Positions 48,380 through 58,831 are shown, counted from the stretch's first letter. The stretch is 64,000 nucleotides of DNA from a virus (IMGVR_UViG_3300007523_000008:1-64000), one strand, 5' to 3'. The notes: generated by a model not told the origin, from the sequence alone. Made by a program: numbers and translations.

Positions 48380-51300
48380 TTATACTACTTCTGTTATCAC
48401 GACTGGCGGTGTATTATCAAACAATCCGCTTCCGGAGTGAACAGTAGTTTTTACAGTTTGTAGTCCCTTTTTAAAGGTTCCCGACACATTTCCACGATTG
48501 TCGAGGGTGACAATGGATTTACGGTCATTATTTACACGTTTGTATTTATAATGACTTCCGAAATAGCCATTTAGTGGGTACGAACCTTGTGGTACATTCT
48601 GTGTGGAAAGGGCGTAACGGTAAACGTACTCATTATCTTTGATATTAGAAAATAGAGATCCGCTTGTATTTCCAGATAGAGCGTTGAAAATAGATTGATT
48701 TTCTTTGAGTGAATAGAAACTACATGTCACTGCACCTAAAATAGTGCAAGAGGATATTCCGTCTGATGATATGTTTGCTGATGGCCCTTCCATCGTTATC
48801 CCTAGGTTATTTATTATTTTACCCGTCGCTCCACTGCTCGATACAAGCGTGGTTCCATTAGTCGTAAAGGCTCCGTCGATTGTAGTGATACCGCTGACGG
48901 TTGTTATAGTTCCATCGAAAACTGCTTGGCCCGACGTTAATATAAAACCGGGGTATTCAGTCACTATTGGAAATTGTGAAATATTAATCCGTTCAAATGT
49001 TTTTGTTATAGTTTGGAATTCACCACGGTTTGTTGTATAGGCTAGAGCCTCTGTCATGGCTGTAGCTGGGCGGTTCTTCCGTCTGACGGTGTACGTCTTT
49101 TGAACAGGAACAACCTCAACTCTCCAGTAATCGTCCTTGTAGTAGGATACTCCATTTTTTGCTAATATGCTAAAACCGTATGGTTCCATCTTATCAGCGA
49201 AGAATGCACTTTCTGCATCTTCGTATACCGCGGTTCCATTCACATAACGGTCTATCGATTGAGTTAATTGTTGAATCAATGAACTCTGCAATTCTTTAGT
49301 GATGTAATTGATTCCGTCCTCTGGGATATTAATATTTTCTCTGGCAATTGGGCGTAATTGAATCTTCGGTCGCTCTAAAATAGACGGCTCAACCAATACT
49401 CCCGTCACAAGTTTTGCTCTGGCGGGAACCAAGTTCTTAATGTACTTGAACAACGACTTGTCGAAATAAGCTCTAACCAAATTCATAAAAGTCTGATAGT
49501 CTATGTTACCGAAGCCTCTATCATAAAATACTTGACGGAATTTCTCAAATCGGCTGTAGTTTTTCTCATAAACATCCGAAGGTTTTCCTATTAGGTCGCC
49601 AAACTCAAAGTTTCCAAAGAATTTTATAATTTCTAAATTTAATTGTTCGGTTGGGGAAAAGAAGATGCCCAATTTGTTTGCGTCAGTTGGAGAGTCATTG
49701 ATTGAAGGTATCGTGGAACGTGTATCTGACGAGAGGTTAGAAGACAAAATTTGTTGTTTATAATTTATCTTATTACTTCTGAATTTGTTGGACCCGAAGT
49801 TAGGTAAATTCATCGTCTGCTGTGTCTCAAATTTCTTGAACTGATATGGATACGTTGAAGACGAAGTATAACTCTCACATTCCGTTGAATCTAAAGTAGC
49901 CACTCCATAAAAAGGAAAGTTTGACGCCGAAATATCAGATGATAGCTCTCTAAAAGCTGAGTTACCAATTATTACATTCGACGATGTATCATACAAATCA
50001 ATCGGTGTTGAGAATGTTATTCTGATTAGATTTTTGTCAACCATACTACTTGGACTTGTGTCGTCGTATGATCCCTTAAACGTAGAGTGATGGTTAAATC
50101 TATCAGTTGTGAGGAAACTTTCCCAAACTCTGATTTCGTCGATTGTCCCAAAGAAAGCTTCAGGGTCGATACTCAGCGAAGCAGTACTCTGTTCATAGTT
50201 TCCTAAATATAGATTTTGAGGAAGACGGAATGACGTGTTATAGCTACCACTTAAATAAATGCTTGAAGTAGCTTCAAAAGTTGTGCGAGAGTCTTCACTA
50301 CGACGTATGAGGAGTTCGTAATTTTGAGGATAATTATCGCTCACGGATAAGGAGGCGGTCGAGGAAAGGTTAAAGTCAGCGTCAACACCGGAGTGTCTCA
50401 ACATAAGAGAGTAAACATCACCATTGAAGAATGGGGCCCTATTTGTGACAGTCGTTAGTGTGTTGCTTCCAGTATCTTGAATTGTGAAAAACGCTTTTCC
50501 CCAATCAGTCCCACGCTCTTTTAAAATTCCGATGGCCCAGCTACCACTAGCATGTGCTAGTCGGAATACCTGACCCTGTTGATTTACCTTATCGGTATCG
50601 AACGAGAAATTAAATTCTAAAGTTTGGGCTGAGCCGGTCCACGGCAAAGTGAAAAACTCCGAACTTCCGCTGAAGTGTGGTGAGTATCTCGTCTCATCAA
50701 TTATATATCGGGAATTCTGGTCGAGGTTGGTGGTGTACTCTATTCCACCATACTCCTTTATCTGAATTAGATTTCTAGGAATTCCATAACAGCTGATAAG
50801 CGAATTTATCGCGGCCTCAGTTCCCTTGCTCTTTAAAATGTGTGGAAGGTTGTTTAGGATCCTCTTCCAAATAAATTTATTTCTGTCATCCTCCGACATT
50901 ATTCCAACCTTGTCGTATAATTCTGAGTCAACGTCAAAATCATTCTTGGAGAAGGATGCTAATATTAGGGGTAGATTTTCTCTACCAATCTCAGGTTCCC
51001 ATCCGAGAGAGGCCAGCATGTTATAAACAACATCTTTTGAAACGCCCTCAATTTCTGAGTTGGCGGAGTTATTTTTCTCTGTAAATTGAGTTATGAAAAG
51101 TGTAAGATTGTCAAAGTAGTGACCTACAAGATTTACAAATCGAACATACTCATAATTCTCAGGAGCCTCAGAGATAGCCGCCGGAAGATTGTTCTGGAGA
51201 CTATCAGCGTTATTCATGTCATACATAGACCCGGAAGATAAACTGCCGCCGTAAATTTGCGTGTGTTCACTGTACCAGTTTGGGTTGTTGTACAGAAAGT

Positions 51301-52954
51301 TTTCATAACCGTCCATAGATGATTCGAGCGAATTCCATTCCACATCTAAATCGTCCCGTTGTTTCGAATAATACTCATCATTCGGATTGAGGATTAGTTT
51401 AGCATCTAAGTCAGCTATCTCTATTCTGATTTCTTCAACTCTATCCCTCTTATATCCAAACACGGCTAAACGTTCTGAGACCGATGAGAATTTTATAAAA
51501 TTTTCAAAGTATCTGTAGTCTACATTGATTGGTGACTTGTCTTCGAGCTTGTATCGGAGCTTTGAATATAACTCATCGTAAAGAGACCCAGATTCGCCGA
51601 TAACTGTTTCTAATGAATGGTCTATAGTAGAGTTTCCTTCATTCTCTAATTTGATTCCAAAATTCGGTCCCTTAACTGGTATAGTGACAACGGGAGAATC
51701 TGTAAAGAAGTGAACAGATTGAAGGATAGTATTACTGACGGTTGTGTTAGTTATCCAGAAGTTGTCGCCGACCTTATATTTGTTAGGAAGAGCATCGCGG
51801 AGTTTTAATATTAACCTATCGTGAAGATAGTCATTGTCTGACGGAATAATTCCTGTATTTAGTATCGGAAAAACGCTGCCGCCACCGAAATTAATGGAAT
51901 TCTTTAAATAGCCTGAAAAGTACTTCTCATACTGGAATTGAGTAAAATCAGACTTTGGTAGGTAGATGGTATCAAAGAAAATCTGCTTAAAGAAGTCAAC
52001 CACACCGTCGTAGTTAGATGGACGACTGTTTGTAATTTGATTTAATTCTTGGTTGAGAATATACGCAAATAAGCTGTAATAGTAATTTGTAATTTCTGCA
52101 AATGTAGTCGTTGCAACATAATTCTCATACAAGAAATTTTTAAATTGGTCGAATAGACCGAAGACGAGTCGCGTACTAACTGTACCGTTACTCTTTATTG
52201 ATCCTTTTTGGACACCATAATACATGTCGGTGATAAAGTGTGTCACGTCTACACCGGTGCGAAATGAATAGTTGTACTTTATGGAACTGTCCGTAACAGG
52301 GTTTTTCGTCGCAACTGCCAGATAGGTCTTATACAACTCAACTTTTTCTAATGAGTCTAAAAGAACACTTGTAATTGAAGAAGGTTTTACCTTGGAGTGT
52401 GCAAACAATTCAAATTCATCATTCAATTTAATTTCAGAGACAACACTTGTGTTCCGTGGTGAATGTGGAATAACAGCAATCTCCTTACGGCTTGGAGAAA
52501 TCTCATCGATTATTAACCTCAATTTTGAATCGGCAGATGAACCAACAACTTCTCTAACCGGAGTAATACCAATTTTATAAAATCCTTCATTTATAGACAG
52601 GTCATTCAAACTCCCCTGAGTGTCGAATAAAACGCTTTGTGTTGGTTGCCCGACGATGACATACTCAGTATCATGTTCCTCATACGAATAAACTACAACT
52701 TTGTTGGTGACATCAACATACGACCGGGTTATAGAATTCACCAGAGTTCCATCGTGGATGAGAGATGAGGTTATTTGTTTTCCTGACATATCGTATACCG
52801 AAAGTTCAAATAAATCTTTTTCCGTTGTACCGAATGGAAAGTTTATCACAGACCCGCTCTTCAAGTAGGCTAATTCGTCAGCCGTGTATAGATACGCGGT
52901 TGTCAGCGAAGCGGTTTCTAGCGAAGAGACGTACTTATAGTCCTGATAGCTCAT
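48380..52954 (-). CDS. Large baseplate wedge protein (gp7/P2 gpI-like core plus LamG-like domain)
   Basis: FVNLVGHYFD, WKRILNNLPHILKSKGTEAAINSLISCYGIP, FFGTIDEIRVW, LVPARA; lies in the baseplate cluster. Confidence 0.7.
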   Translation of the reverse strand: MSYQDYKYVSSLETASLTTAYLYTADELAYLKSGSVINFPFGTTEKDLFELSVYDMSGKQITSSLIHDGTLVNSITRSYVDVTNKVVVYSYEEHDTEYVIVGQPTQSVLFDTQGSLNDLSINEGFYKIGITPVREVVGSSADSKLRLIIDEISPSRKEIAVIPHSPRNTSVVSEIKLNDEFELFAHSKVKPSSITSVLLDSLEKVELYKTYLAVATKNPVTDSSIKYNYSFRTGVDVTHFITDMYYGVQKGSIKSNGTVSTRLVFGLFDQFKNFLYENYVATTTFAEITNYYYSLFAYILNQELNQITNSRPSNYDGVVDFFKQIFFDTIYLPKSDFTQFQYEKYFSGYLKNSINFGGGSVFPILNTGIIPSDNDYLHDRLILKLRDALPNKYKVGDNFWITNTTVSNTILQSVHFFTDSPVVTIPVKGPNFGIKLENEGNSTIDHSLETVIGESGSLYDELYSKLRYKLEDKSPINVDYRYFENFIKFSSVSERLAVFGYKRDRVEEIRIEIADLDAKLILNPNDEYYSKQRDDLDVEWNSLESSMDGYENFLYNNPNWYSEHTQIYGGSLSSGSMYDMNNADSLQNNLPAAISEAPENYEYVRFVNLVGHYFDNLTLFITQFTEKNNSANSEIEGVSKDVVYNMLASLGWEPEIGRENLPLILASFSKNDFDVDSELYDKVGIMSEDDRNKFIWKRILNNLPHILKSKGTEAAINSLISCYGIPRNLIQIKEYGGIEYTTNLDQNSRYIIDETRYSPHFSGSSEFFTLPWTGSAQTLEFNFSFDTDKVNQQGQVFRLAHASGSWAIGILKERGTDWGKAFFTIQDTGSNTLTTVTNRAPFFNGDVYSLMLRHSGVDADFNLSSTASLSVSDNYPQNYELLIRRSEDSRTTFEATSSIYLSGSYNTSFRLPQNLYLGNYEQSTASLSIDPEAFFGTIDEIRVWESFLTTDRFNHHSTFKGSYDDTSPSSMVDKNLIRITFSTPIDLYDTSSNVIIGNSAFRELSSDISASNFPFYGVATLDSTECESYTSSSTYPYQFKKFETQQTMNLPNFGSNKFRSNKINYKQQILSSNLSSDTRSTIPSINDSPTDANKLGIFFSPTEQLNLEIIKFFGNFEFGDLIGKPSDVYEKNYSRFEKFRQVFYDRGFGNIDYQTFMNLVRAYFDKSLFKYIKNLVPARAKLVTGVLVEPSILERPKIQLRPIARENINIPEDGINYITKELQSSLIQQLTQSIDRYVNGTAVYEDAESAFFADKMEPYGFSILAKNGVSYYKDDYWRVEVVPVQKTYTVRRKNRPATAMTEALAYTTNRGEFQTITKTFERINISQFPIVTEYPGFILTSGQAVFDGTITTVSGITTIDGAFTTNGTTLVSSSGATGKIINNLGITMEGPSANISSDGISSCTILGAVTCSFYSLKENQSIFNALSGNTSGSLFSNIKDNEYVYRYALSTQNVPQGSYPLNGYFGSHYKYKRVNNDRKSIVTLDNRGNVSGTFKKGLQTVKTTVHSGSGLFDNTPPVVITEVV

Positions 52955-53181
52955 TGTGTAGGAAATTCTCTTATGACCACATCGTACTTTTCTTCTACTT
53001 TATCGGAGTCAAAATTTATTGAAGAAAGTGGAATTGATATTGAAGTTTCTGAGATGTTGCCGCCGACATAATTGATGAGTAGGTTGCCTGCCGAATCAAA
53101 CTTCGATGGAACCTTACCTAATTTTATGAGTGTGTCTATACAATCACATGTGTATTTTGTGAGTATGGAATTCTTTTTCAT
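52951..53181 (-). CDS. Small hypothetical baseplate-cluster protein
   Basis: 76 aa with ATGA overlaps on both sides. Confidence 0.6.
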   Translation of the reverse strand: MKKNSILTKYTCDCIDTLIKLGKVPSKFDSAGNLLINYVGGNISETSISIPLSSINFDSDKVEEKYDVVIREFPTQ

Positions 53182-55130
53182 CGTGAAATCTTAAATGTAG
53201 TAGGACTGCTGAAAGTGTTTATAGAACCGCTGATTTCTGATCGGATTTCTACACGATAATATCTTTCTTGTGGGAGTCCTGTGGTGTCCAACATGAAATA
53301 GTTACCGTATCCATCTGAACTCAACTGCGTGTATGAATCAAATCCAACAATAATCTCCTCACTCTCAGAATCACGAATCGAGTAATAGCTTGAGTCTGGA
53401 AGCCGCATAGGCTCTGTATAATCTGATACGCGGTTGGTAAAAGTTTTAACCGGATATTGTGGGCGTCCTAGCACATTGATTCTAACGATTGCTCCGCTTT
53501 TGTATTCTTTGCTTGTGTGTGAAGATACAACCGACGGCTTGGATGTGTCAGCCAGAGTTAAGATACCGTCGGAGCCCGTCGGAGATAGAGAAACATCAGA
53601 CCACATCACATCTAAATGTGGTTGATAAATGGTGTTACTTTCTTTAGAGAAGAATCGGAGTTTTCCGTAATCATAGCTGCTCGATTCATCGCTGTGTAGA
53701 AGAATCATGCCATTGTTAGGTATCACACCATAAATCCACGCCATAACCATCCGGGTAACGTCCATGTAGATGTCAGAGGATTCGTAGTTAAATGACTGTA
53801 CGGCGCCGAAGCTTCCGGTTGTAAAGACGTAAGGGAAAGATAGTGTGCTAGGCACATCGGTCAAAATAGCCAGTTCATATGAACCACTCGAACCGAATGT
53901 CGGAACCGCCGATGAAGAAATAATACCTCCACTATTATATAGCCATTCCCCGGCTGGATTGTTTGAAAGATTTACGATTGATGTTCCAACAATCGAAGTT
54001 GTTAGTACAGAACTTGAAACATAAGAACCTGAGGAGTATTTAGCGTAAATATCAGTTCCGCCAACATTTGTTAAAACGTGTGGGTCGAGTGTAACAATTA
54101 AGCTTCCTGTCACATAACCTAAGGTAGAGGCTGATATCGGCGTCGGATTGGACATATACCCATCGATAAGTACATCGCCGAAAATTGCTGAAACTGATCC
54201 CGCTGAGTGATCATTTGGGACTATGGAACTAGAGACCGAATTTCCATCGATAGATAATTGAACCGAAATTGGCGTCGATGATGAATTTTCAGCCACGAGA
54301 GTTAGAGTTCTTGGAAATGAAGATCCACTTGGTGTATTGTAAGTGATACCACGCTCAATTGGAGTTGTTCCTGAGCCGGATAATGAGCTCACCAATATTC
54401 CTTCATCGTATAATTTCAAGGTAAAACTGGTCGGACTTACCGTGGGACCACTGTTCGTCGCTGTTAACGAAAAGAAAGTGGCCGTCGAACCAGAATATAA
54501 TTTGGCTTCTAAGGACGCAGAGTTATTGTTATCGAGTATGGCTCCTTGTAATGCTATATATTTAAAACGTATTGGAGACGCCGGGTCAGTACAATTTGGA
54601 AATGGGTTGTATGGGTTCGGGCTTACAAACGGTGGTTCGGCGTAGCCTGAGCCGGAAGCCAATGAACTGGACGAAATATGCCAAACCCCCCCACCGTCAC
54701 AGTTTGTCGAATAGGACGAGCTGACGATTGGGTTATACCACTTAACGCTTCCACTATCACTGTATTTCCAACTTGCTCCGTCTGCGGATGAAGCCCCATC
54801 GTACTTATACTGTGTTCCCATGTCCCAAGACTTTCCAACTGGGTATGCTGCTATATTGTACGACGTGGGAACTTGAGCGGATTCCGCTATCTTGAGAGCC
54901 AAATAGAATTGTGGGTCTGTAATATCGCCAGCGGAAAGTGAGCTGGAAATGTCGGTAAGATTAAAGTGTATTAATGTCCGTGATAGTACAGCGCCCTTTC
55001 CTCCCGAACAACTTGGGTTGCTAATTGTTTTTTCTACTTCGAGAATTTCATCCAAGCCCATGTTCTTTGCCAATAATGATGGGTGATTGGAGATAGTGGT
55101 GTCTTTTGTTGAATATAAAAAATAATGCAT
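53178..55130 (-). CDS. Structural protein with a split DNRLRE/CBM96-like domain
   Basis: KDTTIS...SRTLIHFNL...SWDMG in the N-part; DVTRMVMAW...PNNGMIL...FFSKES...PHL in the C-part; an insert of about 250 aa lies between them. Confidence 0.6.
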   Translation of the reverse strand: MHYFLYSTKDTTISNHPSLLAKNMGLDEILEVEKTISNPSCSGGKGAVLSRTLIHFNLTDISSSLSAGDITDPQFYLALKIAESAQVPTSYNIAAYPVGKSWDMGTQYKYDGASSADGASWKYSDSGSVKWYNPIVSSSYSTNCDGGGVWHISSSSLASGSGYAEPPFVSPNPYNPFPNCTDPASPIRFKYIALQGAILDNNNSASLEAKLYSGSTATFFSLTATNSGPTVSPTSFTLKLYDEGILVSSLSGSGTTPIERGITYNTPSGSSFPRTLTLVAENSSSTPISVQLSIDGNSVSSSIVPNDHSAGSVSAIFGDVLIDGYMSNPTPISASTLGYVTGSLIVTLDPHVLTNVGGTDIYAKYSSGSYVSSSVLTTSIVGTSIVNLSNNPAGEWLYNSGGIISSSAVPTFGSSGSYELAILTDVPSTLSFPYVFTTGSFGAVQSFNYESSDIYMDVTRMVMAWIYGVIPNNGMILLHSDESSSYDYGKLRFFSKESNTIYQPHLDVMWSDVSLSPTGSDGILTLADTSKPSVVSSHTSKEYKSGAIVRINVLGRPQYPVKTFTNRVSDYTEPMRLPDSSYYSIRDSESEEIIVGFDSYTQLSSDGYGNYFMLDTTGLPQERYYRVEIRSEISGSINTFSSPTTFKISR

Positions 55131-55201
55131 ATCGGTACAGTCAGTTTCCTACGCATAAATATAATATGGTGCGACTATTTCTCCGTTATATATACCGAAG
55201 A

Positions 55202-57091
55202 TTACAAACACTTGCCAACAATATCTTTTGTTGGAAATCTCACCTCAAAGACACATGGGTCTATTGAGGGATATACGACCTTATTGGCGGTAGCTTGTGT
55301 AATGTCATATTCATATGGCGAATAATCACCATCACGAGCGGTCAGATTCTTCAATTTTACGGAAGAAACACTCTGGACGCCATCCACTTTAGCAATTTCT
55401 AATTCTAACCGGCTTAAATTAATTGGTTGGCTGAACTGCATGTTATCGACAGCGAGATAGTTCTTAACAGTTTCTATACAGTTAGAAAGTACATCTCGCT
55501 TGTTATAATTCTTATAAGCTACGATTGAAAAATCAACTCCGATATTGATGATGAATCCGTCCAATAGATTGATACTATCTGTCAACATACGATAACGGTT
55601 AAGATAATTACGAAGATTGTTCCTCAGCGCTGGACTTGTTCCGATGAGGCGGCCGTTGCTGTCGGATGAAAGTAAATACAGATTGATAGCAAATGGATTA
55701 TTTTCAGACGCGGTGGACGAATCCAAACTATTTTCTGTGGCAACGTGTGCCTTTGCGATAGAACCATACTTTGGCGACATGGAATATGTTCTAACAACAT
55801 AATCTTGTCCGGTAACCGCGCGATTTTGTGCGGAGAAGTTAGCCAAGGCGTTGTTTTTTATCTCATCGTTGGTCTCAGCGCCCTTACCACCAACTGCCGG
55901 GGTTGGGTTATTTACTTTCAAGGAACTCCGTATTAAGTCAGTGACACGTTTATCGTTCACTCCAAGATCCGTGATGTCACCAAAATAATCTGCGCTCCCA
56001 ACGTTTGTTATCGAATTAGCGTTGACATTACTCTGTGTTCCTCCACCGACAATGTATCTGATAGTTAAGGTTGTATTACTTGGAGCTTGACCGTATGCCT
56101 TGGATTTTAAAAAATTAGATGGGTCGTAAGACACGCTGTTATTTCTGAATACGCCAGCTTGGGAAAGAACCTTATTACTCGGTACGATCAGCTCATCATC
56201 CTCAGAATTTACTCCGGAGCCAAATTCTATAAATGTTGTGTTAGTATCTGAGACCCCGGTTACAAAACGTCTCGACGTTTTTAAAAATTTCATAATAAAC
56301 GGAACAGTGTCGCGGTATTGATAAAATTCAGAATCGTTCTTATAAACATTTTCACTATCCACCGTCACTAAATCTTGAGCCAGATAATCTGTTTCATACC
56401 AACGGTTTCCGTCAGTGTCATATACATCCATCACCTCCACCACGTCGGTTTCCTCTAAGACAATTTTATAAAACGATGTTGGATTCCCAACTTCGAAAGT
56501 CTTTGTAATAATGTTTCCAGCAGACGCATCGACAGATTTCTTCAATACATAAAAATCGGGCTGACCGCTAGCATTTCGTTGGAACACGGAAATCTCCAAA
56601 GGATTATTTTTCGTGTCCACGGTAAAGTCTACCGGATCATTTGTGACAAAATTCACTCCACTGTCACTCACTGTAACCATGCCGGGTTTAATTATTTGAG
56701 CGTACTGTAGGTCTGGAGAATATGAACCATCATTATTAAGTTTAGAAGGGACAAGTTGATAAACATCCAATGTGGTTATAGAGGGCGTGGTTGCCTTTAT
56801 ACGATATCCCAGATGCCTTGACAACAGTATAATGTTTTTACGTTCATCAGCAATGAGCAGTAGTGATTCTTTAAACTGATAATCCGTGTAATAGGATAGG
56901 ATGTCACCTACGTACGCTGACATTTCAATGAACATCATTCCCACCGATGCATCGCTGAAATCTTTGTAGGTCTCTGGGTAATAAACCTTAGCAAAATCCA
57001 CTAGAGTTTGCTTCAATTGCCCGAAGTCTCGGCTGAGATACTTGATATCCTTTTTTCCTGGTTTAAAAGACTTTTGTGTATCTAAAATCAT
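55202..57091 (-). CDS. Baseplate wedge subunit, T4 gp6 / P2 gpJ-like
   Basis: RDFGQLKQTL...DFSDASVGMMFIEMSAYVGDILSYYTD, IEFGSG, GGKGAET...QNRAVTGQDY. Confidence 0.9.
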   Translation of the reverse strand: MILDTQKSFKPGKKDIKYLSRDFGQLKQTLVDFAKVYYPETYKDFSDASVGMMFIEMSAYVGDILSYYTDYQFKESLLLIADERKNIILLSRHLGYRIKATTPSITTLDVYQLVPSKLNNDGSYSPDLQYAQIIKPGMVTVSDSGVNFVTNDPVDFTVDTKNNPLEISVFQRNASGQPDFYVLKKSVDASAGNIITKTFEVGNPTSFYKIVLEETDVVEVMDVYDTDGNRWYETDYLAQDLVTVDSENVYKNDSEFYQYRDTVPFIMKFLKTSRRFVTGVSDTNTTFIEFGSGVNSEDDELIVPSNKVLSQAGVFRNNSVSYDPSNFLKSKAYGQAPSNTTLTIRYIVGGGTQSNVNANSITNVGSADYFGDITDLGVNDKRVTDLIRSSLKVNNPTPAVGGKGAETNDEIKNNALANFSAQNRAVTGQDYVVRTYSMSPKYGSIAKAHVATENSLDSSTASENNPFAINLYLLSSDSNGRLIGTSPALRNNLRNYLNRYRMLTDSINLLDGFIINIGVDFSIVAYKNYNKRDVLSNCIETVKNYLAVDNMQFSQPINLSRLELEIAKVDGVQSVSSVKLKNLTARDGDYSPYEYDITQATANKVVYPSIDPCVFEVRFPTKDIVGKCL

Positions 57092-57495
57092 ACGGCTGGG
57101 TAATTGATGGAAATTTTTGTTGTCTGTAAATCAGTCACACCGAGGCTTTCAATTGTAAAATTGATACTGATATCTACTCTATAAATATCTCGGTTGGCCA
57201 AAGATGAATCAATTATTATATCATTCACTTCTATATATGGCATCCATTTTTGAATATCCCGTTTAATGATACTTGTCAATATCGGGGTCAAGTCATCGTT
57301 GTTGAACTCAAATACAGCGTTGTATATATCTGAGCCAAATGAACTCATCCGCCTTTCACCTTTTTTTGTTCTGAAAAGGGTCATTAAATTAACATTTACT
57401 TGGTCAACGATGTCATATGTTTGCTCAAAGTAACCCGACTCTCCCCTTCTAATTGGGAGATTTATTCCATATGGTTGTGTTAACGACAGTGGCAT
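57088..57495 (-). CDS. gp25: Baseplate sheath-initiator, T4 gp25-like
   Basis: NLMTLFRTKKGERRMSSFGSDIYNAVFE...IQKWMPYIEV. Confidence 0.88.
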   Translation of the reverse strand: MPLSLTQPYGINLPIRRGESGYFEQTYDIVDQVNVNLMTLFRTKKGERRMSSFGSDIYNAVFEFNNDDLTPILTSIIKRDIQKWMPYIEVNDIIIDSSLANRDIYRVDISINFTIESLGVTDLQTTKISINYPAV

Positions 57496-57498
57496 GGA

Positions 57499-57960
57499 TT
57501 ATGGTCGGTAATTCCTCTTCGCTTTCTCATCAGCCGCCCTCAATACAGACCTATAATCTCTCGTCAGAGCTTTAGCAACTGCCGCCAAGTCTTTATTTTC
57601 ATTCAAGGCCTCCCTCGATATATTAGTTGGGAATGTGGGTGGTACTGGTACATCCTCAGTCATCATTTCTGCGCCAAAGTCAGGAACAGTAGTACCTAAT
57701 TCTTGAGGAACTCCACCTGCGGTTTCATTTAAAATCTTGTTGAGTATTGGGTCGGTAGAATACTGCTTCAGTTCCTTCACCGGCTTCGCTTCGTACGGAC
57801 TCCTAGCCGCGGCCGGGCGTCTTTTTTCCGTCAATGTCGGAATTTCACTACGGCCTTGCAGTGACTCTAGTAACGCTTCGCGCACTAATTCTGGCCCGAG
57901 ATTTTTCAGTTCACTTCTTACGATTTCTCGAATAATGTTTGATAGTTCTGTTTTGTTCAT
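57499..57960 (-). CDS. Hypothetical protein with N-terminal ELSNIIREIV motif
   Basis: DPILNKILNETA, ALTRDYRSVL; several L-x-E sites. Confidence 0.7.
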   Translation of the reverse strand: MNKTELSNIIREIVRSELKNLGPELVREALLESLQGRSEIPTLTEKRRPAAARSPYEAKPVKELKQYSTDPILNKILNETAGGVPQELGTTVPDFGAEMMTEDVPVPPTFPTNISREALNENKDLAAVAKALTRDYRSVLRAADEKAKRNYRP

Positions 57961-58005
57961 ATATACGTCCTTCTATAAATATAATGTATGGTTGATTATT
58001 TTGTT

Positions 58006-58830
58006 TTATACGATATTGTCGGGCAACTTTGGTTTTGGTATCGAGACCTGTGGTATCGTTGGAACCTTCACATTCGAAGTTATACCAACTACCTGCGATT
58101 TCACGTCACCAACAACATTTGTAACCTGTGATGTAGCATCAGAAACTTGTTGTTTTAAGTCAGATGTAATGCTAGATATATCCGGTAATTTTGGTAATTT
58201 CGGTAGACTGGGGAGACTAGGAAATTTTGGTAACTTGGGTAAAGATGGTAAAGTTGGAAACGGTATGGAAGGAATTTTCGGAATTTTAAATGGAATTACT
58301 GGTATTTTTATCAACGGAAATGCTAGAGCCGGAAAAGCGATTGAAGGGAGAGTAAACTTGGGGATCTTAAAACTCTCCAATTTCTTCGTCACCGCGGATA
58401 TAGCACTATCAAGTGGAGCTGTGGCGCCAGCAACAATTCCCTCAATACCTTTAGCGACGTTATCGATTTTAGCGGAGGCTGAATCTGTCACACCTGTTAG
58501 CTTATCTGTTACTCCAGCAGTGGCGGCCGAGACCTTATCACCAACCGCTGATACCTTTGCTGTAGCAGTTGTTACCACGGTGGTGGCTGAGGTTGAGGCG
58601 GTTGTAACTTTGTCTGTTACTCCAGAAATATTTGCCGAGACATTGTTTGTGGCGGTTGTTGTCGTAGAGCTTACTTTCTTTGCAGCCGCTACCACTTCTT
58701 CACGCTTTTGATCGGCTGGTAGTAACCAGTCGTTTGACTTTGCTGCAGCAGCGGCCTTTTCCGCGTTAGTTTTTGTTTGGTCCGTCGTGGTCCACGCTGA
58801 AACAGCTGAATTTACTTTTAGTTCTGGCAT
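58006..58830 (-). CDS. Low-complexity protein (Thr/Ala-rich helices plus a P-x-x repeat tract)
   Basis: ATG 58830 follows the spike gene stop; IPKIPSIPFPTLPSLPKLPKFPSLPSLPKLPKLP. Confidence 0.65.
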   Translation of the reverse strand: MPELKVNSAVSAWTTTDQTKTNAEKAAAAAKSNDWLLPADQKREEVVAAAKKVSSTTTTATNNVSANISGVTDKVTTASTSATTVVTTATAKVSAVGDKVSAATAGVTDKLTGVTDSASAKIDNVAKGIEGIVAGATAPLDSAISAVTKKLESFKIPKFTLPSIAFPALAFPLIKIPVIPFKIPKIPSIPFPTLPSLPKLPKFPSLPSLPKLPKLPDISSITSDLKQQVSDATSQVTNVVGDVKSQVVGITSNVKVPTIPQVSIPKPKLPDNIV

Positions 58831-58831
58831 A

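Noticed and set aside
3126-57982. T4-type TATAAATA late promoters on the + strand driving antisense RNA
   Set aside because: The orientation flips with gene strand (lysozyme) and the spacing to start codons is tight, so the functional reading is more likely TATTTATA on the coding strand.
57737-58711. 324-aa + strand ORF with G-x-x repeats
   Set aside because: It is antisense to the Pro-rich gene and overlaps two minus-strand genes; it has no promoter motif or good start.
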